A DNA stretch of 64,000 nt from an uncultured Gammaproteobacteria bacterium (GTDB lineage: Bacteria; Myxococcota_A; UBA796; JAJRTE01): the NCBI GenBank assembly GCA_964418585.1, contig CAYQMG010000137.1, positions 13,327 to 77,326 on the forward strand, given 5' to 3'. Under the pieces are notes generated by a model. It made no database searches, was not told the origin of the DNA, and saw only the letters and a list, made by a program, of their open reading frames with translations. Below are positions 8,831-17,713 of this stretch, one piece after another. Numbering within the stretch: the first letter of the stretch is position 1; every line of letters starts with the position of its first letter. A program made the translations under genes and the position numbers.

Positions 8831-10039
8831 ATGGGGCTTGACGCCGCATGGCGAGGGGGATTGTTGGCGCTGGGCGCTGGTGCGGTGGCGCTCGGTCTTG
8901 GGATTGTGCTGACGGGTTGTCCCTACGATCCCTTGGCCGACGGGTTGCCCGGATCCATCACCTGTCACGATTGCCATGGGAGTGAGGCCGGCCCGGCGCC
9001 TCCCCGGTCGGTGGAAGGGGCGACCGAGACCACGGACATCGCAGTGGGCGCACACCAGAGTCATTTGTTCGGAGACGCCGACCAGCAAGCTGCCATGTGT
9101 GCAGAGTGCCACGTGGTGCCCGAGCGTGTGGACGACCCGGGTCACGTGGACGGGTATCCACCGGAAGTGACCTTCGGGGTCCTGGCGGGCGCTGGTGGGT
9201 TGAATCCTGAGTGGGATCGGGAAGCGGTGCGGTGTACCAACGTTTACTGTCACGGTGCCTCCCTGGGAGACGGTGGCGCCGTGCCGATCTGGACCGTTGT
9301 GGACGGCACCCAGGCCGCCTGCGGCACCTGTCACGGAACGCCTCCCGAGGTGACTTCGGGGGGCGCAGCACACCCTCCATATTCGAACTGCTGGACCTGC
9401 CATCCGGACACCGTGCTGGCAGACGGGGCTCTCGATCCGGAGAGTGGGACCCACATCGACGGTGTCGTCGAAATTGGAGACCTGGCATGCAATGCCTGTC
9501 ATGGAGACGATGAGAGTCCAGCGCCTCCTCCGGACACCTCGGGCAATACAGATACCTCGGCTCCAGGCGTCGGGGCACATCGCTCTCATCTCGGACCTTC
9601 CGACTGGCATGCGGAGGTGGCGTGCAACGAGTGCCACCTGGTGCCCGAGGCCATGCCCGACCCGGGTCACGTGGATTCCGCCCTGCCTGCCGAGGTCGTC
9701 TTCGGCGACCGTGCCACCGCTGGTGGGACTGCCGAGCCGGTCTACGACCCGAACGCGCATTCCTGCAATGGCATGTATTGCCACGGTTACACCCTGTTCG
9801 ATGGCGGTCCTCCCTCGCCTCCTGTGTGGACGGCCGTGGGGACCGGGGTGGCCGATTGTGGTACCTGTCACGGGCTTCCACCTGCGGCGCCGCACCTCCA
9901 GTTGGACACCTGCGACGTGTGCCACGGGTGTGTGGTGGATGACCAGCAGGCGATCGTGCCCGGGCGAGCCTACCTTCACATCAATGGTGAGGTCAATCTG
10001 GAGCCGGTGGACGCCTGTCCCGGACCACCCCAGCCGTGA
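8831..10039 (+). CDS. Lipoprotein multiheme cytochrome with CxxxxCH/CxxCH repeats (8 CxxCH + 2 Cx4CH)
   Basis: Lipobox LTGC; duplicated unit (GAHxSH..CxECH..P..PGHVD..EVxFG..CxxxYCHG..CGTCHG) typical of Geobacter-type CxxxxCH...CxxCH cytochromes. Confidence 0.88.
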   Translation: MGLDAAWRGGLLALGAGAVALGLGIVLTGCPYDPLADGLPGSITCHDCHGSEAGPAPPRSVEGATETTDIAVGAHQSHLFGDADQQAAMCAECHVVPERVDDPGHVDGYPPEVTFGVLAGAGGLNPEWDREAVRCTNVYCHGASLGDGGAVPIWTVVDGTQAACGTCHGTPPEVTSGGAAHPPYSNCWTCHPDTVLADGALDPESGTHIDGVVEIGDLACNACHGDDESPAPPPDTSGNTDTSAPGVGAHRSHLGPSDWHAEVACNECHLVPEAMPDPGHVDSALPAEVVFGDRATAGGTAEPVYDPNAHSCNGMYCHGYTLFDGGPPSPPVWTAVGTGVADCGTCHGLPPAAPHLQLDTCDVCHGCVVDDQQAIVPGRAYLHINGEVNLEPVDACPGPPQP

Positions 10040-10204
10040 CGACCGGGACAAACAACGGCCCGGGGCCTGCGGGACCCGAATGAGGCGCGGTCCGTGCCCG
10101 GCCATGGTAGACTGCGGGCGTTCGGGCATTTCGGGTGGACGGGCGGTGGGCCGGTCCCTGATCCACGTCCGGTCTGAGGCTGTGGCCTGGAGGAGGAAAA
10201 ACAG

Positions 10205-11659
10205 ATGATGGAAAACGACGAACCCGAACCTTCCTCGAGTCCCTGGTGGGCCCCGGTGTTTCGCGCGGTCATGGCCAGTCGGGTGGCTCTGGGCGCTGTT
10301 GCCACGGTCACCGTGAGTGGGTGCTTGCTGGCCCTGGTGATCGTTGCAGAGTTCAGTGGCTTCGAGATCGACCAGTACTCAGCCCTGGTCGCCTACACGA
10401 TGCTCCCTGCCTGTTTTGTCGCCGGCCTGCTCGTGCTCCCGGGCGGTATCTTGCTCGGACGGCGGAAAGCGGCCAGGCAGCAGGCCATCGGCGACCCGCT
10501 CGTGCTCGATCTTCGGCAGCCCTGGTTGTGGCGTGCCGCCGGGTTTTTCACCGTGGCCACGGCGGTCAACATCGTGCTCCTCGCGTCGGCGTCCTACCAG
10601 GGCTACCACTACACCGAAACGGTGGCATTCTGTGGAACGCTTTGTCATACGGTGATGAGGCCCGAGTACACCGCCTATCAAGGGTCCCCGCACAGCCGCG
10701 TCAAGTGTGTGGAGTGCCACATCGGTTCCGGCGCCTCCTGGTTCGTCAAGTCCAAGTTGTCAGGACTCCGGCAGGTTGTTGCGGTGGTGACCGGAGACTA
10801 TCATAGGCCCATCCCAACCCCGGTCCACAACCTCCGGCCGGCAAGGGATACCTGCGAACAGTGCCACTGGCCCGCCAAGTTCCACGGAACCAGTATCAAG
10901 GCCTGGCGAAGATACCGCGATGGTGCCCTCGAAACGCCGCTGGTCTCCGCGGTCATGCTCAAGGTGGGCGGGCGCAACCCAAGAACCGGTAAGTATTCCG
11001 GTATCCACTGGCATGTCTCGGACGACAATCAGGTCTACTATCGTACCGACGACCCCACCCGGGAGGTCATCCCGGAGGTCAAGGTGGTGCGCAGTTCCGG
11101 AAAGGAAACCCTCTTTCGCCACCTGGACCTGCCTTCGCCTCCTCCCGAAACGCCTTGGCGACGGATGGACTGCATCGACTGCCACAACCGGCCCACCCAC
11201 GGGTTCGACACCGCCGAGGATGCGGTGGATCGGGCATTCTTCGAAGGCGACCTGGACCGGTCCCTTCCCAACATTCGGGCCGCCGCACTCGAAATCCTCG
11301 GCGCCGAGTATCCCACCAACGACGCCGGCAGAGAAGGCGTCCGAAAGGCGCTCCATGCCTATTACCTGGAACACTACCCGGAGGTCGCTGCGACCAGGAA
11401 AGAAAACATCGACCGGAGCGCCGAGGCACTCGCTGCGATTTACGGGCGCAACGTTTTCCCCGAAATGAAGGTGACCTGGGGGACCTATCGGAGCAACCTG
11501 GGTCACAAGCGCGCCCCAGGCTGCTTCCGGTGCCACGACGAGGAACACGAGTCGGAAGACGGCGTCGTGATCGCCCAGGACTGCGACCTGTGCCACGAGA
11601 TCCTCGCCGAGGACGAAACCGGGGTTCCCCCCCTCCTCAAGACCCTCGAGGGCACCTGA
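10205..11659 (+). CDS. imcH: ImcH-like inner-membrane multiheme quinol oxidoreductase (NapC/NirT-related)
   Basis: Three N-terminal TM helices, then FCGTLCHTVMRPEYTAY..SPHSRVKCVECHIGSGASWFVKSK..LRPARDTCEQCHWP, CIDCHNRP, WGTYRSNLGH..PGCFRCHD, CDLCH (5 CxxCH + 1 Cx3CH). Family assigned from my recollection of ImcH motifs. Confidence 0.72.
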   Translation: MMENDEPEPSSSPWWAPVFRAVMASRVALGAVATVTVSGCLLALVIVAEFSGFEIDQYSALVAYTMLPACFVAGLLVLPGGILLGRRKAARQQAIGDPLVLDLRQPWLWRAAGFFTVATAVNIVLLASASYQGYHYTETVAFCGTLCHTVMRPEYTAYQGSPHSRVKCVECHIGSGASWFVKSKLSGLRQVVAVVTGDYHRPIPTPVHNLRPARDTCEQCHWPAKFHGTSIKAWRRYRDGALETPLVSAVMLKVGGRNPRTGKYSGIHWHVSDDNQVYYRTDDPTREVIPEVKVVRSSGKETLFRHLDLPSPPPETPWRRMDCIDCHNRPTHGFDTAEDAVDRAFFEGDLDRSLPNIRAAALEILGAEYPTNDAGREGVRKALHAYYLEHYPEVAATRKENIDRSAEALAAIYGRNVFPEMKVTWGTYRSNLGHKRAPGCFRCHDEEHESEDGVVIAQDCDLCHEILAEDETGVPPLLKTLEGT

Positions 11660-11769
11660 TTCCAGCCCCTCGAACCCTTTTCCCTTTCACTCTCCCATCC
11701 GGATCGGCTATCCGAATGAAGTCGAACAGAGGGTACTCACCCAACCTCGCAACGACTCGGGAGGATGCC

Positions 11770-13005
11770 ATGGACTCCACCAACCTTCAGGTCGACACGA
11801 CCCGCGCCACGCGACCCGGTACCCGAAGCCACAAATTTCGCCTCGGGCCCTTCAGCCCCTGCTTGGTCTTGCTCCTCGCCGGAATCAGCACCTCCGCGTT
11901 CGTCGCCGCCGGGTGTCACACCAACGAAAGCGACGACGCGGCAGTAACCACAGCGCCGACCACCAACACGCCCTCGTCGCCAACGGCCACACCCACTCCC
12001 TCGAGCGCGGGCGATGACGATTGCCTCTCCAATCCAACGCCTCCGCCAGGGGATGACGACACCACCCGGACGCCGGAAAACACGCCGGGCGCTTCGACGG
12101 CGACCCCCACGCCGCCTCCCTCCACGCCTCCCCCGTCCGGCACCCCTTCGCCCTCCCCGTCAGATACCCCGGGACAGGGCACGCCTGCACCTTCCCCCAC
12201 TCCGACGCCTGCCGGAACCCCCACACAGGACGCGGACGGAGACGGGTTTCCCGCTGCATCCGATTGCGACGACGCAGACCCGGCCGTCTATCCCGGGGCG
12301 GAAGAACAATGCGATACCAAGGACAATGACTGCGACGGCCTCACCGACGAGGATGCAGGCTGCCCTGCGCCTTGCCCAGAGGACATGGTGGCGTTCAGCG
12401 ACCGGGTATGTATCGACCGGTACGAAGCCTCTCGCCCCGACGCCACCGAGAATTCGGCTGGAACCGACGAGAGCCGTGCCACGAGTCGTCCCGGCGTCCT
12501 CCCGTGGATGGTGAATCCCATGTCCAGCGAACAGTTGGAAACGTTTGCCAGTGCCTGCAAGGCCGCAGGGAAACGCCTGTGCACGGCCGATGAGTGGCAC
12601 GATGCGTGCACCGGCCCTGACCCCGGCACCTACTATGTCTATGGCGACTCCTTCGACCGCGAAGCGTGCAACTGCGTCGATTCGTTCTGTGACGACTATT
12701 GCGCCGACCACGGGATCCAGGATGCCGAGTGCAGTCTGTCCCCCAACTGCGGCTACGAGTACAACTGTTTCCATGTGGTCCCAACCGGTCAGTTCGAATC
12801 GTGCACCAATGCGTTCGGCACGTTCGACATGAACGGCAACGTCTGGGAGGCGGTATCTTCCACTTCGGACGCTCGAGGCTACGAACTGCGAGGCGGCGCC
12901 TTCAATTGTGCCTCGGCTTCCTCGAGGGTGAATTGTGCCTACAATGCCACCTGGGAGTCTCTCTACGCCGGGTTCCGGTGTTGCCTGGACAGAACGCGCG
13001 GGTAA
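11770..13005 (+). CDS. Lipoprotein: Pro/Thr linker + one MopE-related (DxDGDG..DCDD..P..P...C) motif + FGE/SUMF1-like domain
   Basis: GGGAGGA RBS; AAGC lipobox; DADGDGFPAASDCDDADPAVYPGAEEQCDTKDNDCDG; CIDRYEAS, FGTFDMNGNVWE, LRGGAF, GFRCC. Confidence 0.82.
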   Translation: MDSTNLQVDTTRATRPGTRSHKFRLGPFSPCLVLLLAGISTSAFVAAGCHTNESDDAAVTTAPTTNTPSSPTATPTPSSAGDDDCLSNPTPPPGDDDTTRTPENTPGASTATPTPPPSTPPPSGTPSPSPSDTPGQGTPAPSPTPTPAGTPTQDADGDGFPAASDCDDADPAVYPGAEEQCDTKDNDCDGLTDEDAGCPAPCPEDMVAFSDRVCIDRYEASRPDATENSAGTDESRATSRPGVLPWMVNPMSSEQLETFASACKAAGKRLCTADEWHDACTGPDPGTYYVYGDSFDREACNCVDSFCDDYCADHGIQDAECSLSPNCGYEYNCFHVVPTGQFESCTNAFGTFDMNGNVWEAVSSTSDARGYELRGGAFNCASASSRVNCAYNATWESLYAGFRCCLDRTRG

Positions 13006-13063
13006 CCCCGGTTCGGCACGGTCGCACCCGGAACCACGCCACACCCGGAAGCCCCGCTCCCGG

Positions 13064-13978
13064 TCATTCCTCTGCGTTGAGTTGCTCCACGGTCTCCAGC
13101 AAGTCTCCTATCAAGTAGAAATCCACGGTCACGAAGTTGGGCCGTTTCCCTGTCTCGTTCCAGCATTGATAGGCACGGTTCACCAGGAACGGGTTGTAGT
13201 TGACCTGTGCGGCGAGGGAGCGCCTGGCCAGGGGCCAGGTCAGGAAATGGTTCAGGATGAACAGGCTGTTGCTGGGATCTCCACGATTGTAGTCACAGGT
13301 GAGATCCTCGGGAGACCGGGCCGAGTAGTCGGTTTCAACCGCAAAGTCCCACACATCCAGGTACCAGTCCCGGAGTCCTCCATCGCGGTCGGTGAAGACC
13401 ACGAGGCGGCGGTTCTGGTCGATCATCTCTCCGAGCGTGGGCCAGGGGGCTCCCACCGGTTGCGGGTAGGCGTAGTCGATGAGGCCGCTGTCGATGAAGG
13501 CCTGTTCCATCCGATCCACGGTGACGTAGCTTTCGAAAATGATGGTGACCACCTCACGGGAGTAGGTATCGAGAAATTCTCGGATGCTCCGCAGGACATC
13601 GGTGAGTGGTTCGGCGCCCAGGTCGCAGAACTGGTGGCAGACGCAGACCTTCCCGGCGAGGGTGGGGTCATGGCCGTTGTATTCATGGGCGTCGATCATG
13701 AGGCCGCGGACCCCGCCGCGGAGCTGGTGTGGGATATCCACCTGCTGATTTGGAAACCAAAATTGTGTTGGTCCGTAGGCGTAGTTGAACGCATTGTGTG
13801 TGGTGGCGTAGGACACCTGGTCGTATCGGCGGGCACACAGGTGTGGGCTTCCATTGCAAACGGTGGCGGCGGCGATGGAGCCTGGGATGGTGAGGGCGAG
13901 GGAAAGGAGGGCGACCGAGAGGGCAATGGGAGGGTGAACCGGCGTCTTTGTGGTGGACGTGCATTCGAATCGTTGCAT
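13064..13978 (-). CDS. Secreted PI-PLC X-domain-like phosphodiesterase
   Basis: GGAGG RBS; signal peptide; CNGSPHLCARRYDQVSYATTHNA, QLRGGVRGLMIDAH, EVVTIIFE, RLVVF, LFILNHF, KRPNFVTVDFY. Confidence 0.85.
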   Translation of the reverse strand: MQRFECTSTTKTPVHPPIALSVALLSLALTIPGSIAAATVCNGSPHLCARRYDQVSYATTHNAFNYAYGPTQFWFPNQQVDIPHQLRGGVRGLMIDAHEYNGHDPTLAGKVCVCHQFCDLGAEPLTDVLRSIREFLDTYSREVVTIIFESYVTVDRMEQAFIDSGLIDYAYPQPVGAPWPTLGEMIDQNRRLVVFTDRDGGLRDWYLDVWDFAVETDYSARSPEDLTCDYNRGDPSNSLFILNHFLTWPLARRSLAAQVNYNPFLVNRAYQCWNETGKRPNFVTVDFYLIGDLLETVEQLNAEE

Positions 13979-14037
13979 GGGAGACCTCCGTGACATGCCT
14001 GGAACGCGGGCGACCCGGGGACCACGCCGCGGGGGAA

Positions 14038-15285
14038 TCATCGGTCTTGTTGGAGCCTCGTTCGCCAGATGGCCTCGATCAGCCGTTCGCTGAAGTCGAT
14101 GGACCGCATGAGTTGCCCGATGTCGAGGTTCTCGAGGGTATCGCTCGGGTGATGGTAGTGTCTTGGGCACCCGAATTCGGGGTCGACGCACCCGAGGGAG
14201 ATGCCATCGTACCCCTGAGCGCGGAAGGGGAGGACGTCGGTGGCCCCGGAGGGGATCTGGAACGGGGCGACCCCGCCCAGTTCGGGGGTCTGGGCTGCAG
14301 TCCGGGTGGCCAGGTCGGCGAGCCATCGTGGGGTGGGGACAGGGAGGATCTCTCCTTCCTCGAAGAACTTGAGGTCTCCATTTGACAGGCTGTCCAGGGC
14401 GACGACCACGGTTTTCGTCGTCTCCCAGTCCTTTCGGTGTGCCCGGGCCAGGGCTGCGGCCCCGCCTGTGCCGGCTTCTTCACACCCGGTCACCACGAAG
14501 ACCAGTTCCACGGAATCCGGTTTCCTGGGACCCAGTCGCCGTGCCAGTTCCACCGTGGCGGCCGCCCCGGAGAGGTTGTCGTTGGCGCCAGGTACGATTT
14601 CGTCGCGCAATACCACCTCGAGGTTGGCGGCGAACGCGATGGCGGCAGGCAGTCCGAGGGCGAGCGAGACGGGCCACAGGGCGGATCCTCTGGGGAGGGT
14701 GGCGCGGAGGAGCGCGAAACCCGCCGAGGCGAACTGGGACCAGGTGGCGATGGCCAGGGACCGTCCGAGCCAGGCCATGGACTCGGGCATGTCGTGCGGT
14801 GTGAACCGCTTGATCACCTCGGGATTGAAGAGGAACCCGGTATAGGCCGCGTCCGCGTGTCCGATCACCACGATGCGCAGCTCGGGCGTGCCCCGCGCCT
14901 TGAGGGTGGCGAGCAGGTTGTGAGACGTCTTCCAGGGGAGCAGTCGGCGGAGCACGTAGGCCTTGCGCGTCGAGTCCGCCAGGTAGGAGCCGGCCGCAAG
15001 GCTACTCAGGGCCGCGGACAGGCCCGGTCGACGGCCGGCCAGGAGTGTGCCAACCAGCCCGGTGCCGAAATGGAGCGCCAGGTTGGCATAGAGGTGTGCG
15101 TTGAACCGAAACGGTTCCAGGCGGGTCTCGATCCCCATTGCCTCGAAGGCCGATTTGAGCAGGAGTTGCGTCTCGAGTTCCTCCTGGCTGGCAGGGGCAC
15201 GTCGAGGGTAGGCCTCGAGGATACGTTCGATCAACTGTCGTGTTTCCTGAGCCGGATCCCGGCACTCTCCTGTGGTATCGTTCAC
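14038..15285 (-). CDS. M28-family metallopeptidase with membrane segments
   Basis: IVVIGHADAA, GANDNLSG, TGCEEAGTGG, SGATDVLPF, YHHPSDT zinc-ligand motifs; inserted hydrophobic segments; GTG start at 15285 after AGGGAG. Confidence 0.85.
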   Translation of the reverse strand: MNDTTGECRDPAQETRQLIERILEAYPRRAPASQEELETQLLLKSAFEAMGIETRLEPFRFNAHLYANLALHFGTGLVGTLLAGRRPGLSAALSSLAAGSYLADSTRKAYVLRRLLPWKTSHNLLATLKARGTPELRIVVIGHADAAYTGFLFNPEVIKRFTPHDMPESMAWLGRSLAIATWSQFASAGFALLRATLPRGSALWPVSLALGLPAAIAFAANLEVVLRDEIVPGANDNLSGAAATVELARRLGPRKPDSVELVFVVTGCEEAGTGGAAALARAHRKDWETTKTVVVALDSLSNGDLKFFEEGEILPVPTPRWLADLATRTAAQTPELGGVAPFQIPSGATDVLPFRAQGYDGISLGCVDPEFGCPRHYHHPSDTLENLDIGQLMRSIDFSERLIEAIWRTRLQQDR

Positions 15286-15433
15286 GAGCTGCTCCCTGTC
15301 GTTCGGGTGGGGGGGAGGCAACCGGCGCCCGGTTCCATCGGTTCGACCGGACGCCTCGAGCAAACGTACGTCGGGCCGATTCCGGGGCGGGCTCCACCTT
15401 TTTCAAGATTCTGCCTGCTCTTGCGCCGCGGCG

Positions 15434-17476
15434 TCAATCAGCATTGCTCGCCCGGATCCTCCACCGGTCGGACCCGAACGTGTATTCGAGCACTTCAGTG
15501 GCTCCCGGCCGAATGACGGTGACGTAGCTTCCTTGCCGACCGGTGACCGGGTCGTATACCCGAATGGTGCGTCTGCCTGCAGCCACCCGGTAGGTGGCGT
15601 TTTCTCCAGTGGGTCCCAGTTCCCGGCCATCCACGGACAGGGTGCCGGACGGATAGGCAATCACCATCAGTTGGCCGGTCTGAATTCGAGCCGCCGCCCG
15701 CTCCAGGTCGAGCACCACCTCGGTGACCTCGCCCGGCACCAGGGTGACTGTCTGGGTCGCCGCCTTGTATCCGCTCAAGGTGGCACGCACCTGGTGAGGG
15801 TCGCCGGAAAACAGGCCGCCCACTTCCACTGGAGACCGTCCTCGAGCCTTGCCGTCCACGCTGATCCGTGCCCCCGGGGGAAGCGTGAGCACCCGTACCG
15901 TGGCCGGGCCGGGGGGACGCTTCTCGAACTGGAAGTGAAACTCCACCTGGTCTCCCGAGCGTACGGACAACGTCTGGGCAGGCGGGGGGTAGTATCCGCG
16001 AAGCCGGGCCTTGAGCGCCACGGTTCCGTCTTCTGCAACGTGGACCGGGATCTTCAGGGGGGTGGTGCCCAGCACCTTTCCGTCCGGTAGTTCGATGGTC
16101 GCTCCTGCTGGATCGGAAGTGACCACCGCGAGCGCCATCGGACCTCCGGGAGGTTCCAGGAAGCGCGCAAGCCGATCCCGGGCGCCGAACAGGACCAGGG
16201 CCACCAGCACCACCGCCGCAACCGCGACCAAACGTCTCGCACGGGAACTCCAACCGGTCCCGGACTCGGACCCATCTTCCTCCGTCTCCCCGTCTCCGGA
16301 AACCGGGGTCACGGTCATGGTGCTTTCCGAGAAAACACTCTCGTCTCGAGGCACGTTGCGAAGCGCCTCCAGAACCGCCTCTTCGCCGCGTGCCATCTGG
16401 GCGAGTTCCGGCATGGGCGGTGCACTCCCGGCCAGGTATGTGGCCAACGCGCCGCCCGACCCGGGATCCCGCCATTGCTTGAGCGACCGGTGCAAGGTCG
16501 CCATGGGTGGACGGTGCCCCGGCTCCGTGGACACGCAGGATGCGAGCAGGCGCAGGAGGGTATCCGGCAACCGATGGCGCGACAGGAGCGCAAGTTGATC
16601 CTTGTGGGGCAGCTTGAGCTGGACCGGGGTGAGTCGTCCGAGGGCGAGCAGGTGAATGGCCAGGGCACCGACCGAGAACACATCCACCGGTGGAGAGGGA
16701 TTGCTCCAGTGCAGCGCGCGCTCCGGAGCGATGAACTGGCGGCGTGGATCGTGTCGGTCCAGGGCGCGGACCACGAACTCGTTGAGTGGGCCGATCTCGA
16801 AGTCGGATACCCGCACCATGCCCGATACGTCCAGCCATACCGAAGAAGGCTGGAGCGCTCCGTGGACCAGGGGCGTTCCGGGCCGCGCATGGACGCTGGC
16901 GAGCAGGTGGGCCACCGGGAGGACGATGGCGGCCACCACCTCCGGCGGAAAAGACCTCGCCGCATCCTCCTGCGCGTGACACAGTTCACCCAGGTTCCAT
17001 CCGGGCTCGAGGCCGAACACCGCGTGGGGCACGCTCGAGACGATCCCGAATTCGAGCGGTCGCCGCATGCACGGATGGAGCACGGCCTGGCTCTCCCGGC
17101 AGCGGCCTCGAAATGCCTGGACATACTCGGGCCCCTGGCTGTACGGAGGCAGCAGACGTCGTACCAGGCAGGGGACATACGCGCCTTCCGCCCGAACCTC
17201 TCCATACCAGAAATCGAAAATCGCGCTCTGCGTGAGACAGCGTTTCAGCAGGAAGTGTCCGTAGTCCACGAGCGTCGAGCTGATCATGAGCCCACCCGTT
17301 TCCAAACCCGCCAGCCGCAATCGCCAGGCACCGACAAGAACCGCCTCATCCCCGGAGACCCGGTCTCCGCCTCCAGCCCGGGGGCCTCCACGCCTGCTGG
17401 GCGATGTGCCACCACTATCGCACGGGTCCCCGGTCTCGTCAACGCCGTTCGCGTGGCGCGTATTTCCGCCTGTCAT
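15434..17476 (-). CDS. Membrane pseudokinase (degenerate Ser/Thr kinase domain) with C-terminal PEGA domains
   Basis: Kinase-fold remnants HGALQPSSV, VSDFEIG, FIAPE, DVFSVG; TM LVAVAAVVLVALVLFGA; three PEGA-like repeats (VTSDPAGATI, VLTLPPGARISVDG, AYPSGTLSVDG). Start codon uncertain. Confidence 0.78.
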   Translation of the reverse strand: MTGGNTRHANGVDETGDPCDSGGTSPSRRGGPRAGGGDRVSGDEAVLVGAWRLRLAGLETGGLMISSTLVDYGHFLLKRCLTQSAIFDFWYGEVRAEGAYVPCLVRRLLPPYSQGPEYVQAFRGRCRESQAVLHPCMRRPLEFGIVSSVPHAVFGLEPGWNLGELCHAQEDAARSFPPEVVAAIVLPVAHLLASVHARPGTPLVHGALQPSSVWLDVSGMVRVSDFEIGPLNEFVVRALDRHDPRRQFIAPERALHWSNPSPPVDVFSVGALAIHLLALGRLTPVQLKLPHKDQLALLSRHRLPDTLLRLLASCVSTEPGHRPPMATLHRSLKQWRDPGSGGALATYLAGSAPPMPELAQMARGEEAVLEALRNVPRDESVFSESTMTVTPVSGDGETEEDGSESGTGWSSRARRLVAVAAVVLVALVLFGARDRLARFLEPPGGPMALAVVTSDPAGATIELPDGKVLGTTPLKIPVHVAEDGTVALKARLRGYYPPPAQTLSVRSGDQVEFHFQFEKRPPGPATVRVLTLPPGARISVDGKARGRSPVEVGGLFSGDPHQVRATLSGYKAATQTVTLVPGEVTEVVLDLERAAARIQTGQLMVIAYPSGTLSVDGRELGPTGENATYRVAAGRRTIRVYDPVTGRQGSYVTVIRPGATEVLEYTFGSDRWRIRASNAD

Positions 17477-17572
17477 GCCTGAGTGCAGAGCGCTCGAGAC
17501 ACGTATGCGCCGACATTTCTGGACGCGGCCGGCGCCACTCGGCGCCCGGGTTGTGTTTGGGCAACGTCTCGG

Positions 17573-17601
17573 TTGACAATCCAGTGGATGTTTGGCACAA
17601 T
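17573..17601 (+). promoter_or_regulatory. Possible sigma70 promoter TTGACA-N17-CACAAT
   Basis: Perfect -35 at 17573-17578; weak -10 preceded by TG; lies in the divergent intergenic region. Confidence 0.35.
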
Positions 17602-17713
17602 TGGCAAGACGTGTGTGTCCACGTAGCGCGAAGTAGTATATGGCGGGCTGACGTGCCATTCCTGTCCATCGCTGGGCGTTCGGTCCGCCTGTTTTTTTGT
17701 CTGGGAGGTCTCC

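Noticed and set aside
11155-11769. N-terminal 205 aa of the ORF-track 616-aa ORF, and similar upstream extensions of ORFs 13064-14326, 15434-17989, 34542-35468 and 59486-61594
   Set aside because: They overlap neighbouring genes or promoters; downstream starts have clear RBSs and signal peptides or domain starts.
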